Below the pieces are notes generated by a model. It saw only the letters and a list, made by a program, of their open reading frames with translations. It was not told the DNA's origin and did not search any database. Positions 21,065 through 29,013 of a DNA stretch of 62,345 nucleotides are shown piece by piece. Origin of the DNA: Bacillota bacterium (lineage in GTDB: Bacteria; Bacillota; Sulfobacillia; RBS10-35; JAJYVM01); the NCBI GenBank assembly GCA_035533535.1, contig DATLTP010000199.1, forward strand, positions 1-62,345, written 5' to 3'. The translations under genes and the position numbers were made by a program. The stretch's first letter is position 1. Every line of letters begins with the position of its first letter.

Positions 21065-22033
21065 TTGCCCTCCGCCCGTGGCCGTGCCCACAGCCTCGTT
21101 GAGGGCGCCTTCCTGGCAGCCCTGGGCGTGGTGCTGGTCTTCGCGGCCCTCTTTGCACCCGTCATCGGGCCCCTGCTCGCCCTGGCCTGGCCGCTGCCCG
21201 TAGCCGCCGCCTACGTGCGGCACGACGTGCGGACGGCCGTGACGGTGGCCGTCGTGGCTGCCGTGCTGCTCACGCTCTTCCAGGGGCCGCTCGTGGGCGT
21301 TTCCGTGGGGGTGCAAATGGGGGCGCTGGGCCTGGCCCTGGGCTGGGGCCTCTTTGGGCGCCGCGAAGCGCTGGTGACCATTGGCGTCGGCGCCCTGGCG
21401 GCCGCCTTTGTGCTGCTGGCCTCCTTTGCCACCTCGCTCCTCTTCTTCAAGGAGAACCTCCTGACCCAGATGGTCACGGAGATGGGCACGGTGCAGGGAC
21501 AGGTCACGAAGATGCTTGGCAGCAGCGCCTCCTCGGCCAGCACGGCCGCGGTTCTACAGACCTTCGATCTCCTCCGCACCCTGATCCCTCAGCTCTGGCC
21601 AACCCTGCTGCTGCTGTCCGCGTTGGGGGTGAGCTTCATCGGCTACCTGGTGGCGGCGGCCGTGTTCCGGCGGCTGCAGGTCACCGTGCCGCCGCTGCCG
21701 CCCTTTCAGGCCTGGCGCCTGCCCTGGCCGGCCGTGGCGGGCTGGGCTGCGGGGGCGGCCATCCTGCAGTTCCACCCCGCACATGACGTCCTGTACGTGG
21801 CGGGGCTGAACCTCTCGATGCTGTTCACCGCCCTATTCACCCTCGCCGGCATGGCCCTGCTCTATGCCGTGCTCCGGCACTTCCACGCCGCCAAGGGCCT
21901 GGCGGCCGTCCTGTGCGTGCTCGCCGCCATCAACGGGCTGTTCAGCTCCCTGCTGCTCTGGGGGGGGCTGTTCGACGCCATGTTCGACTACCGCCGCTTC
22001 CTTCAGGCCCGGGCGCAGCCACCAGAGAACTGA
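21065..22033 (+). CDS. yybS: YybS (DUF2232) polytopic membrane protein
   Basis: 322 aa, about 8 TM segments. Located between rpsR and rplI, as for B. subtilis yybS. Confidence 0.75.
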   Translation: MPSARGRAHSLVEGAFLAALGVVLVFAALFAPVIGPLLALAWPLPVAAAYVRHDVRTAVTVAVVAAVLLTLFQGPLVGVSVGVQMGALGLALGWGLFGRREALVTIGVGALAAAFVLLASFATSLLFFKENLLTQMVTEMGTVQGQVTKMLGSSASSASTAAVLQTFDLLRTLIPQLWPTLLLLSALGVSFIGYLVAAAVFRRLQVTVPPLPPFQAWRLPWPAVAGWAAGAAILQFHPAHDVLYVAGLNLSMLFTALFTLAGMALLYAVLRHFHAAKGLAAVLCVLAAINGLFSSLLLWGGLFDAMFDYRRFLQARAQPPEN

Positions 22034-22145
22034 CGGCCCTCCCGGCCGGCAGTTGTGGCGCTGGATGTGTCGAACCTTTGAAGCCGCAATGCACGGGAGG
22101 AACCCGTGCATCCGTACCCCTGGAACCGCAAGGAGGTCGATCCGC

Positions 22146-22604
22146 ATGCGAGTGATCCTGCGACAGACCGTGAAGGGCCTGGGCCAGCGCGACGACGTGG
22201 TGAACGTCGCCGATGGCTACGGCCGCAACTACCTGTTGCCCCAAGGCCTGGCCGTCGAGGCAACGGCCGCTGGCCTCAAGGAGGTCGAGGCCATCCGGAC
22301 GCGGGTCCAGGTTCAGACTGACCGCGACCTGCGCCACGCCGAGGAGGTCCGGGCCAAGGTCGATGGCCTCACCGTGCGCGTTGCCGCCCGGGCGGGTGAG
22401 AACGGGCGCCTGTTCGGCTCCGTCACGGCGCAGGATGTGGCCGACGCCATCGCCGCCCAGGCGGGGGTCAAGGTCGACCGCCGCCGCATCGAGCTGGAGC
22501 AGGCCATCAAGACCCTGGGCACCTACACGGCAGAGCTCAGGCTGCACGCCAAGGTGGATGCCGCGGTTCGCGTCGAGGTGGCGGCGGACAAGGCGGAGGG
22601 CTAG
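22146..22604 (+). CDS. rplI: 50S ribosomal protein L9
   Basis: MRVILRQTVKGLGQRDDVVNVADGYGRNYLLPQGLAVEAT...; AAGGAGG upstream. Confidence 0.95.
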   Translation: MRVILRQTVKGLGQRDDVVNVADGYGRNYLLPQGLAVEATAAGLKEVEAIRTRVQVQTDRDLRHAEEVRAKVDGLTVRVAARAGENGRLFGSVTAQDVADAIAAQAGVKVDRRRIELEQAIKTLGTYTAELRLHAKVDAAVRVEVAADKAEG

Positions 22605-22606
22605 GG

Positions 22607-23977
22607 GTGGCGGCCCTGGATGGCGGGCTGCGCCTGCCGCCACAGAACATGGAGGCCGAGCAGTCCGTGCTCGGCTGCATGCTGCTGGACCGCGAGGCCG
22701 TGTTGCGCTGTGAAGAGATGCTGCGCCCCGAGGACTTCTACCGCGAGGCGCACCGCCGCATCTTCGCCGCCATGCTGGACCTGCACGAGCGCGGCGAAGC
22801 CGTGGACCTGGTGACCCTGAACGATGCCCTGCAGCGGACCGGCCAGCTGGAGGCCCTCGGCGGCTTCTCCTACCTGGCGGACCTGGGCAACTCCGTGCCC
22901 AGCGCAGCCAACGTCATTCACTACGCCCGCATCGTGCAGGAGAAGGCCACCCTTCGCAGCCTGCTGGCCGCGGCCGCCGACGTCGAGCGCTCTGTGTACG
23001 ACGGCGACGGCGAGGCGGCCGAGATCCTGGACCAGGCGGGCAACGCCTTCTTCCAGCTGGCGCAGGAGCGGCGGCAGCAGCCGTTCGCGGTGCTGCGCGA
23101 TGTGCTGGTGGGCGCGTTCGAGCGGATTGAGTTCCTGTGGGAGCATAAGGGCGAGGTCCTCGGTGTCCCCACGGGCCTGCGGCGCCTCGACGAGTTGACG
23201 ACGGGCCTGAACCCGTCCGAGTTGATCATCCTCGCTGCCCGGCCGTCCGTCGGCAAGACCACGCTCGTCTTGAACTGGGCCGCGCATGCGGCCCAGCACA
23301 AAACGCCCGTGGGGCTGTTCAGCCTCGAGATGTCGCGGGAGCAGCTGGCCATGCGCATGCTGGCCTCGGAGGCGCGGGTCGATATGCAGCGGCTGCGCTC
23401 CGGCTACCTGCAGGAGCGGGACTGGGGGCCCCTCAGCAACGCCCTGAGCCGGCTCTCGGAGGCGCCGATCTTCATCGACGACACGCCCAACATCAGCGTC
23501 CTCGACCTGCGGGCGCGGGCGCGGCGCATGAAGAGCGAGCATGGCATCGGCCTGTTGATCATCGACTACCTTCAACTCATGCACACGCGCGGCAAGACCG
23601 AGTCGCGCCAGCAGGAGATCTCGGAAATCTCACGCTCGCTGAAGGCCCTGGCCCGCGAGCTCGAGTGCCCGGTCCTGGCCTGCTCGCAGCTATCGCGCGC
23701 CGTCGAGATGCGCGAGGGGCGGCGGCCGCAGCTGTCGGACCTGCGTGAGTCGGGCGCCATCGAGCAGGACGCGGACGTTGTGGTGTTCATCTACCGCGAC
23801 CCAGAGACTGAGAAGGACGACAGCCGCCGGGATGAGATCGAACTGATCATCGCGAAGCAGCGCAACGGGCCGACCGGCGTCGTCAAGGTGGCATTCAAGC
23901 GGGAGATCGGCCGCTTCGAGCGCTTGGCGAGCGACCAACAGGGCGCGCCGCCGGCCGCAGCCGAAGGGAGCGTTTAG
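22607..23977 (+). CDS. dnaB: Replicative DNA helicase (DnaB family; DnaC in Bacillus nomenclature); no intein
   Basis: ...PPQNMEAEQSVLGCMLLD...LIILAARPSVGKTTLVLNWA...IIDYLQLM...LSQLSRAVE...LRESGAIEQDADVV. Confidence 0.96.
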   Translation: MAALDGGLRLPPQNMEAEQSVLGCMLLDREAVLRCEEMLRPEDFYREAHRRIFAAMLDLHERGEAVDLVTLNDALQRTGQLEALGGFSYLADLGNSVPSAANVIHYARIVQEKATLRSLLAAAADVERSVYDGDGEAAEILDQAGNAFFQLAQERRQQPFAVLRDVLVGAFERIEFLWEHKGEVLGVPTGLRRLDELTTGLNPSELIILAARPSVGKTTLVLNWAAHAAQHKTPVGLFSLEMSREQLAMRMLASEARVDMQRLRSGYLQERDWGPLSNALSRLSEAPIFIDDTPNISVLDLRARARRMKSEHGIGLLIIDYLQLMHTRGKTESRQQEISEISRSLKALARELECPVLACSQLSRAVEMREGRRPQLSDLRESGAIEQDADVVVFIYRDPETEKDDSRRDEIELIIAKQRNGPTGVVKVAFKREIGRFERLASDQQGAPPAAAEGSV

Positions 23978-23982
23978 GCAGG

Positions 23983-25251
23983 ATGCCGACACTCGTCGTG
24001 GTGGGCGCCCAGTGGGGCGATGAGGGCAAGGGCAAGGTGACGGACTACCTGTCGGCGGAGGCGGACACCGTCGTCCGCTACCAGGGCGGCACCAACGCGG
24101 GCCACACGGTCATCGCGGGTGGCCGTGAGTACCGGCTGCACCTGGTGCCCTCGGGCATCGTGCACGGTAAGGTGTGCGTGCTGGGCAACGGGGTCGTGCT
24201 GGACCCGGCCGCTTTCCTGCAGGAGATGGACGAGCTCGCGGCCCAGGGCTGCGACGTGGGCCGTGTGGTGGTGAGCGACAACGCCCACCTGATCCTGGCC
24301 TACCACAAGGCCCTGGACAGAAGCGAGGAGACGGGGCGCGGTGAAGCGCGGATCGGCACGACGCTGCGGGGCGTGGGTCCGGCCTACCGCGACAAGGCGG
24401 CGCGGATCGGCGTGCGCGCGGGGGACCTGCGGTACCCGGACCTGCTGCGGCGGCGCCTGGACGGGGCGGTTGCGGCCGCCAATCAAGCCCTTGGCCAAAC
24501 CGAGTTCCATTCGGCTGCGCTCGCAGACGAGCTGCTCGCGCTCGCGCCCCGACTTCTGCCCCTGCTGCGCGACACGGCGGAGCTCGTCAACCAGGCGATC
24601 GACCGCGGGGATAAGGTCCTCTTCGAAGGGGCGCAGGGCACGCACCTGGACATCGACCACGGCACCTACCCGTTCGTCACTTCCTCGCACCCGACAGCGG
24701 GCGGCGCCTGCATCGGCAGCGGCGTGGGGCCGACGCGCATCGACCGCGTCGTTGGCGTGGCCAAGGCTTACACGACGCGGGTGGGCGATGGGCCGTTCCC
24801 GTCCGAGGAGCTGGGCCCCGAGGGCGACCTGCTGCGCGAACGGGGCGGCGAGTACGGCACGACCACGGGGCGGCCGCGGCGCTGCGGCTGGTGCGACGTG
24901 CCCGTGCTCCGCCACGCGGCCCTGGTCAACGGCCTCGGCGGCCTCTGCGTGACCAAGCTGGATACGCTGTCCGGCCTTTCACGCGTGCGCATCGTCGTCG
25001 CCTACGAGCACGAGGGCCGCCGCCTGACCGGCTTCCCGCACGACGTGGACCTCCTGGCCCAGGTGCGGCCTGTGTACGAGGAGGTGCCGGGCTGGTCGGA
25101 CGACCTCTCGGGCGCCCAGCGCTTTGAGGACCTGCCCGCGACTGCGCGCGCGTACCTGGACCGCGTGGCCGAGCTTGTGGGTGTGCCGGTGGTGATGGTT
25201 GGCGTGGGCGCCGAGCGCGGCCAGACCCTGCCGCGCGAGAGCATGTTTTGA
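23983..25251 (+). CDS. purA: Adenylosuccinate synthetase
   Basis: MPTLVVVGAQWGDEGKGKVTDYL...YQGGTNAGHTV...TTGRPRRCGW. Confidence 0.97.
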   Translation: MPTLVVVGAQWGDEGKGKVTDYLSAEADTVVRYQGGTNAGHTVIAGGREYRLHLVPSGIVHGKVCVLGNGVVLDPAAFLQEMDELAAQGCDVGRVVVSDNAHLILAYHKALDRSEETGRGEARIGTTLRGVGPAYRDKAARIGVRAGDLRYPDLLRRRLDGAVAAANQALGQTEFHSAALADELLALAPRLLPLLRDTAELVNQAIDRGDKVLFEGAQGTHLDIDHGTYPFVTSSHPTAGGACIGSGVGPTRIDRVVGVAKAYTTRVGDGPFPSEELGPEGDLLRERGGEYGTTTGRPRRCGWCDVPVLRHAALVNGLGGLCVTKLDTLSGLSRVRIVVAYEHEGRRLTGFPHDVDLLAQVRPVYEEVPGWSDDLSGAQRFEDLPATARAYLDRVAELVGVPVVMVGVGAERGQTLPRESMF

Positions 25252-25336
25252 CGGACCGCCCGCCGTCTCCAGTATCCGTGCCGCCAGGTCGCGTTGACCC
25301 CGGCCAGCCCTGCTGCTAAAATGAAGTCCGCCGCGC

Positions 25337-25413
25337 GGAGGCGTAGTGTAGTGGTTTAACACACCGGTCTGTCACACCGGAGATCGCGGGTTCGATCCCC
25401 GTCGCCTCCGCCA
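25337..25413 (+). tRNA. tRNA-Asp (GTC)
   Basis: Hand-folded cloverleaf: GGAGGCG/CGCCTCC acceptor, GTGT/ACAC D stem, CCGGT-CTGTCAC-ACCGG anticodon arm, GCGGG-TTCGATC-CCCGT T arm, encoded CCA. Confidence 0.9.
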
Positions 25414-25434
25414 AAATGCACAGGACCTTCAAGC

Positions 25435-25467
25435 GCCGGCCAGGACAGTGGCCGGCATTCTTGTTTT
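25435..25467 (+). terminator. Rho-independent terminator after tRNA-Asp
   Basis: GCCGGCC-AGGACAGT-GGCCGGC hairpin followed by ATTCTTGTTTT. Confidence 0.7.
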
Positions 25468-25528
25468 CGTGGAGTTGCGCCGCGTCCACACCACTAGCGC
25501 ACAGCCGCGAGGGGGCCGGCCTGGGCTG

Positions 25529-26770
25529 TCAGCCGCCGATGCCACAGCCGGAGCTGGCGCCACCGAAGACCGGGACCGCCGGGGCGTGCCCCGTGCCGGT
25601 TGTGGCCCCCGTCATGGCAACCACGACGAACCGCGCCGACTGGTCCCAACCGATGTCCCACGGCACGTGGTAGCGGTCGGCGGTGTGGCTGTTCACCAGG
25701 GCGTAGCCCATGGGGTCGCGGGCTGTGATCACGGCCATGTGGACGGTGGTGCCGCGCTCCACGTACGCGATCAGGTCCCCCGGCGCCGCGGCCGCGACGG
25801 CTGCCCAGACCGCCGCGATGCCCCCGCGGGCGGCCACGTGGGCGAGGGCGTTACCCGTGAGGTAGTCGACGAGGTCCGGTGCCTTGGCCCAGGCGTCGGT
25901 GCCCTCCCCGGAGCGACGGTCGAAGGCCCAGCCCCCGCTCTCCCGCAGCCCGCCGCCGAAGCGCAGGGCCTGGGAGATGAAATTGGTGCAGTCGCCGCCG
26001 TCGCCGTTGTAGTCATACATGCCGGGGTTGTACAGGCCGCCGTTACCGCAGCCCGGTGCAGCCCCGCAGTAAGTGTCGGCGTAGCGGACGGCCCCGGCGC
26101 GGTTGTACCGGCCTGTGGCTGGCGCTGGCCCTGGCACGGATGGCGTGCTGGGGGTGGGGGCCGCTCCACCGCCCCCCGGGGTCGCCGGGCCCGGGATCCG
26201 GGTGTCCTGGTCCAGCGGGTCGGTGAATGAGTCCGCCGCGATCCGCCAGGCGCCCCCCGCTTGGGTCAGCGTCATGTAATGCTCTCGGCCAAGGCCGAAC
26301 GCCTGGTGCTGTCCCCCGGAATACTGGTACGTCCATGCCTCGGAGACGATCGCCGTGACCTGAACCGAGGTTGGGGGATCCCCGGCGCCGAAGCGGATGC
26401 GCGGGGTGCGCACCGTGACCAACGGCGGCAGCCAGCGGACACCCCGCGCCGCAGCCCATGCGCCCACGAATGCCAGGCGGGCCTCCGCATGCGCCAGGGC
26501 CGCCCGGCCGTCGAACGCCGTCAGATCGAACAGTGCCGGCAGCGCCTGCTTGTCCCCGCTGGCTGCCGCCGCATCTTCCCGCTGCAGCAAGCCGCGCACC
26601 GCGTCCTTGACCGCCTGCTCCTGGGGCGTGAGCGGGGTCGGCGTCCGCGCATGCGCGCGCACTGCCAGCACGCCTCCAGCCAGGAGGGCGAGGAATACCG
26701 CGGACAACGCCAGCACGCGCTTCACAGTCAAGCAGGCTGTCATTCCGGGCGCGACCTCATCCCTGGACAT
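25529..26770 (-). CDS. Secreted or membrane-anchored protein with a C-terminal putative amidase (NlpC/P60-like, Amidase_6-type) domain
   Basis: Signal/TM segment VKRVLALSAVFLALLAGGVLAV, and ...YNGDGGDCTNFISQALRFGG...HMAVIT... ATG at 26770, or alternatively 26743. The 290 aa further upstream in track ORF 25529..27643 are antisense run-on. Confidence 0.75.
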   Translation of the reverse strand: MSRDEVAPGMTACLTVKRVLALSAVFLALLAGGVLAVRAHARTPTPLTPQEQAVKDAVRGLLQREDAAAASGDKQALPALFDLTAFDGRAALAHAEARLAFVGAWAAARGVRWLPPLVTVRTPRIRFGAGDPPTSVQVTAIVSEAWTYQYSGGQHQAFGLGREHYMTLTQAGGAWRIAADSFTDPLDQDTRIPGPATPGGGGAAPTPSTPSVPGPAPATGRYNRAGAVRYADTYCGAAPGCGNGGLYNPGMYDYNGDGGDCTNFISQALRFGGGLRESGGWAFDRRSGEGTDAWAKAPDLVDYLTGNALAHVAARGGIAAVWAAVAAAAPGDLIAYVERGTTVHMAVITARDPMGYALVNSHTADRYHVPWDIGWDQSARFVVVAMTGATTGTGHAPAVPVFGGASSGCGIGG

Positions 26771-26796
26771 GCTAGGCACTGCGGGGAGGCAGTGCC

Positions 26797-27213
26797 TTGA
26801 GCCGCTGGATTGGACGCGGTGCCCTGGGCGGGCTGTTGGCCGCGGCGTTGGCCGTGGCATGGCTGGCGCTGGCGCGCGCGCTGACGGGGCCCGGACCCGT
26901 GCCCGTTCCGCAGGAGACCGCCCTGACTGCCAGCACGGGCATTGTGCGGGCGCTCTGGCAACTGGCCCTGGGGACGTTGGCGGGCGGGCTTCTCGGCGCC
27001 ATCTGCGGCGCCTTCGGCATCCGGATTCCGCGCCGGGCGGCGGCAGCAGGCGGGGCCCTGTTGGGGGCGCTCGCCTGGGCGGCGGCCACCCTCGGCTGGC
27101 TGGGCGCGCTCTTCGGCAGCGCATCGCTGGGTTCCGCCATTGCCTACGCCCTGTATGGCGCGGTGGCCGCCTCGTTTCTGGGCGGTGTTCCAGAATCGAG
27201 CAGGACCCCATGA
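26797..27213 (+). CDS. Hypothetical Gly/Ala-rich small membrane protein
   Basis: TTG start 7 nt after GGAGG. High third-position GC. Three or four hydrophobic segments. No family recognised. Confidence 0.5.
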   Translation: MSRWIGRGALGGLLAAALAVAWLALARALTGPGPVPVPQETALTASTGIVRALWQLALGTLAGGLLGAICGAFGIRIPRRAAAAGGALLGALAWAAATLGWLGALFGSASLGSAIAYALYGAVAASFLGGVPESSRTP

Positions 27214-27253
27214 GCGGGCCGGAGAACCGGAGCAGCCGGAGGTGCTCGCAGAA

Positions 27254-27634
27254 ATGGCCACTCACGCGGATGCCGAGCTGATCCTGAGGCTCTACGAACT
27301 GCGGCGCGAGCCCGTGCTGCGCCAGGCCCGCGACTGGTGGGGGCAGGAGTTCAAGGCGACCACGGCCGCCGAGTTCGCCGCCGCCTGCCCGCCCGGATCC
27401 GATGCCAACCGGTATTACCGGATGGTGACGACGTACTGGGATATGGTCGCCGCGATCGTCAACCGCGGGGCCCTGGATGAGACGCTCTTCTTTGAGACCA
27501 ATGGCGAATTCCTCGGGGTCTGGCGGAAGGTCTCGGCCTTCCTGCCCGAGGTGCGGGCGGCCCGCAACGCCCCCCGCCTCATGCGCAATTTGGAGGAGCT
27601 GTATAAGCGCTGGGAGCGCCACATCGCGGGTTAG
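27254..27634 (+). CDS. Conserved hypothetical cytoplasmic protein
   Basis: MATHADAELILRLYELRREPVLRQARDWW...RYYRMVTTYWDMVAAIVNRGALDETLFFETNGEF. It resembles a widespread uncharacterised family that I cannot name with confidence. Confidence 0.6.
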   Translation: MATHADAELILRLYELRREPVLRQARDWWGQEFKATTAAEFAAACPPGSDANRYYRMVTTYWDMVAAIVNRGALDETLFFETNGEFLGVWRKVSAFLPEVRAARNAPRLMRNLEELYKRWERHIAG

Positions 27635-27705
27635 CGCAATCATTCCCCGGGAAATAACGCCGCCTTGCCCGGGTCAAGGCGGGCGTGCTATGCTGTCGCC
27701 ACGAT

Positions 27706-27779
27706 GCGGGTGTAGTTCAATGGTAGAACGAGAGCTTCCCAAGCTTTAGACGGGGGTTCGATTCCCCTCACCCGCTCCA
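27706..27779 (+). tRNA. tRNA-Gly (CCC)
   Basis: GCGGGTG/CACCCGC acceptor, AGAGC-TTCCCAA-GCTTT anticodon arm, GGGGG-TTCGATT-CCCCT T arm, encoded CCA. Confidence 0.9.
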
Positions 27780-27825
27780 TCTTGGCCGCGCGCACGGGGC
27801 TGACCCGTGCGTTTGACTGTGAGGC

Positions 27826-27901
27826 GCTGGAGTAGCTCAGGCGGCAGAGCGACGCACTCGTAATGCGTAGGTCGCGGGTTCGACTCCCGCCTCCAGCTCC
27901 A
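27826..27901 (+). tRNA. tRNA-Thr (CGT)
   Basis: GCTGGAG/CTCCAGC acceptor, GCTC/GAGC D stem, ACGCA-CTCGTAA-TGCGT anticodon arm, GCGGG-TTCGACT-CCCGC T arm, encoded CCA. Confidence 0.9.
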
Positions 27902-27975
27902 AATCTTCACAAGGCTTTCGGCGCCGAAGGGCGCAGGCGGGACCCGAAAGGTGCACGGACGAGCAAAAACGTGTT

Positions 27976-28000
27976 GGGCCCGACCGGAAAGGTCGGGCCC
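27976..28000. terminator. Perfect 10-bp GC hairpin; possible bidirectional terminator
   Basis: GGGCCCGACC-GGAAA-GGTCGGGCCC. On the plus strand it is followed by TCGTGCTTCTTC; on the minus strand by AACACGTTTTTGC. Confidence 0.55.
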
Positions 28001-28512
28001 TCGTGCTTCTTCAGGTGGGGACGCCTACACGCCGGCTGTCTCCGCCCCGCTGGCGGCGACGTGCCGCGCGGGTGCGGCTGTACTCCAGCATCAGTTCGCG
28101 GGCGGCACCATGCGATCGGCGCGAAGGCGCTACGGCGGTGGCGTTCCGCCTCCACCCGGGTCCCGTTCACGCCTTCGACCGTCGCCATCGCCCGGTAGAA
28201 AGTGGCCCTCCTGGCCGATCGCGCTTGAGCTCAACTTCCTCGGGCTCCAACGCGACCGTCAGCCGCCGAAAGCCGGCCTGCATCAGCCAGGCCCCGGCCG
28301 ACGGCCGATCCCAGCCGAGTGGCGACACATCGCGACTCGGAAGTCATGGCACCAACCGCAACGCCACCCACTCAGCGCGTGGGCCTTGGCCATGCCGGGT
28401 TCACCCCGGAGTCTGCCTGGTTGCCGCCTCTGCAAGATCGGTTCGATTGGGGCTTCCCGGTGCCGTGGGGTCGAAAGCACAGCACCGGGTGGCCCCCCAG
28501 GTCAAGGCCTGC

Positions 28513-29013
28513 TTATGCAACGGGATTGAGCATGGCGGTCCAGACTCCGACGTGCAGGGACTCATCGTTGAGGAGCGCCATGAAGAGCAGCCGGATCGTT
28601 ACTGTCGGTGCACACATGGCGAGTTGCGCGTAGCGCGTAACCGCTCCCAGCTCGCCATGGATCGCCGTTTCCACGTCCGCCGCGAAGTTGCCCGTAGCCG
28701 TTGGGCAAGTTGGCGGCGGGGAAACAGGCGGATTATTGGCCAGGAGAGCCTCCTGCAGCTGCGCATGCCAGTACTCCGTCCGCGAGATCGTCCAGACAAT
28801 CTCCCGCAGCGTCTCGTTAGGGGCCTCCAGAGCGATCCCGGCGTAGAATCCGCTGTCACAGATCTCATCTTGGATCGAGTCTTCCACGTCATTACGAAAG
28901 TTGGCGCACGCAGATGGTCGCATGGCGTTCATCGCTTCAACTGCTTGTCCGTGAGCTGCCACGTTCGGTCGCATGGCGTTCATCGCGTCAAGTACATGTA
29001 CGTGTGTTGCCAC
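28513..29013 (-). CDS. Ferritin-like (rubrerythrin-fold) domain protein with two internal half-repeats
   Basis: GTG at 29013 with AGGGAGG 6 nt upstream. The two halves are VEDSIQDEICDSGFYAGIALEAPNE...RTEYWH and VETAIHGELGAVTRYAQLAMCAP...LNDESLH. A nested hairpin at 28449..28496 follows the stop codon. Confidence 0.55.
   Translation of the reverse strand: MATHVHVLDAMNAMRPNVAAHGQAVEAMNAMRPSACANFRNDVEDSIQDEICDSGFYAGIALEAPNETLREIVWTISRTEYWHAQLQEALLANNPPVSPPPTCPTATGNFAADVETAIHGELGAVTRYAQLAMCAPTVTIRLLFMALLNDESLHVGVWTAMLNPVA
28916..28986. repeat. 20-bp exact direct repeat, 51 bp apart, inside the 5' end of the ferritin-like gene
   Basis: GGTCGCATGGCGTTCATCGC occurs at 28916..28935 and 28967..28986. 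It encodes AMNAMRP twice, 17 codons apart. Confidence 0.85.

Noticed and set aside
26771-27643. N-terminal ~290 aa of the 704-aa minus-strand ORF 25529..27643.
   Set aside because: Only the part from ATG 26770 (or 26743) downward looks like a protein, with a signal/TM segment and an amidase domain. The upstream part is Arg/Pro-rich and antisense to two plus-strand genes that have good codon bias.
27907-28188. 93-aa minus-strand ORF (MATVEGVNGTRVEAERHRR...) next to tRNA-Thr.
   Set aside because: It reads through a perfect 10-bp terminator-like hairpin, ends 6 nt from the tRNA, and has an Arg/Pro-rich composition with no recognisable family. I did not call it as a gene; the region is discussed as possibly decayed.
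28440-28460. GGTTCGATT, a T-loop-like string that could mark a tRNA fragment or att repeat.
   Set aside because: The flanks cannot form a T stem or acceptor stem. Only ~10 nt match the tRNA-Gly T arm, which is too short to claim an att duplication without a computed alignment.
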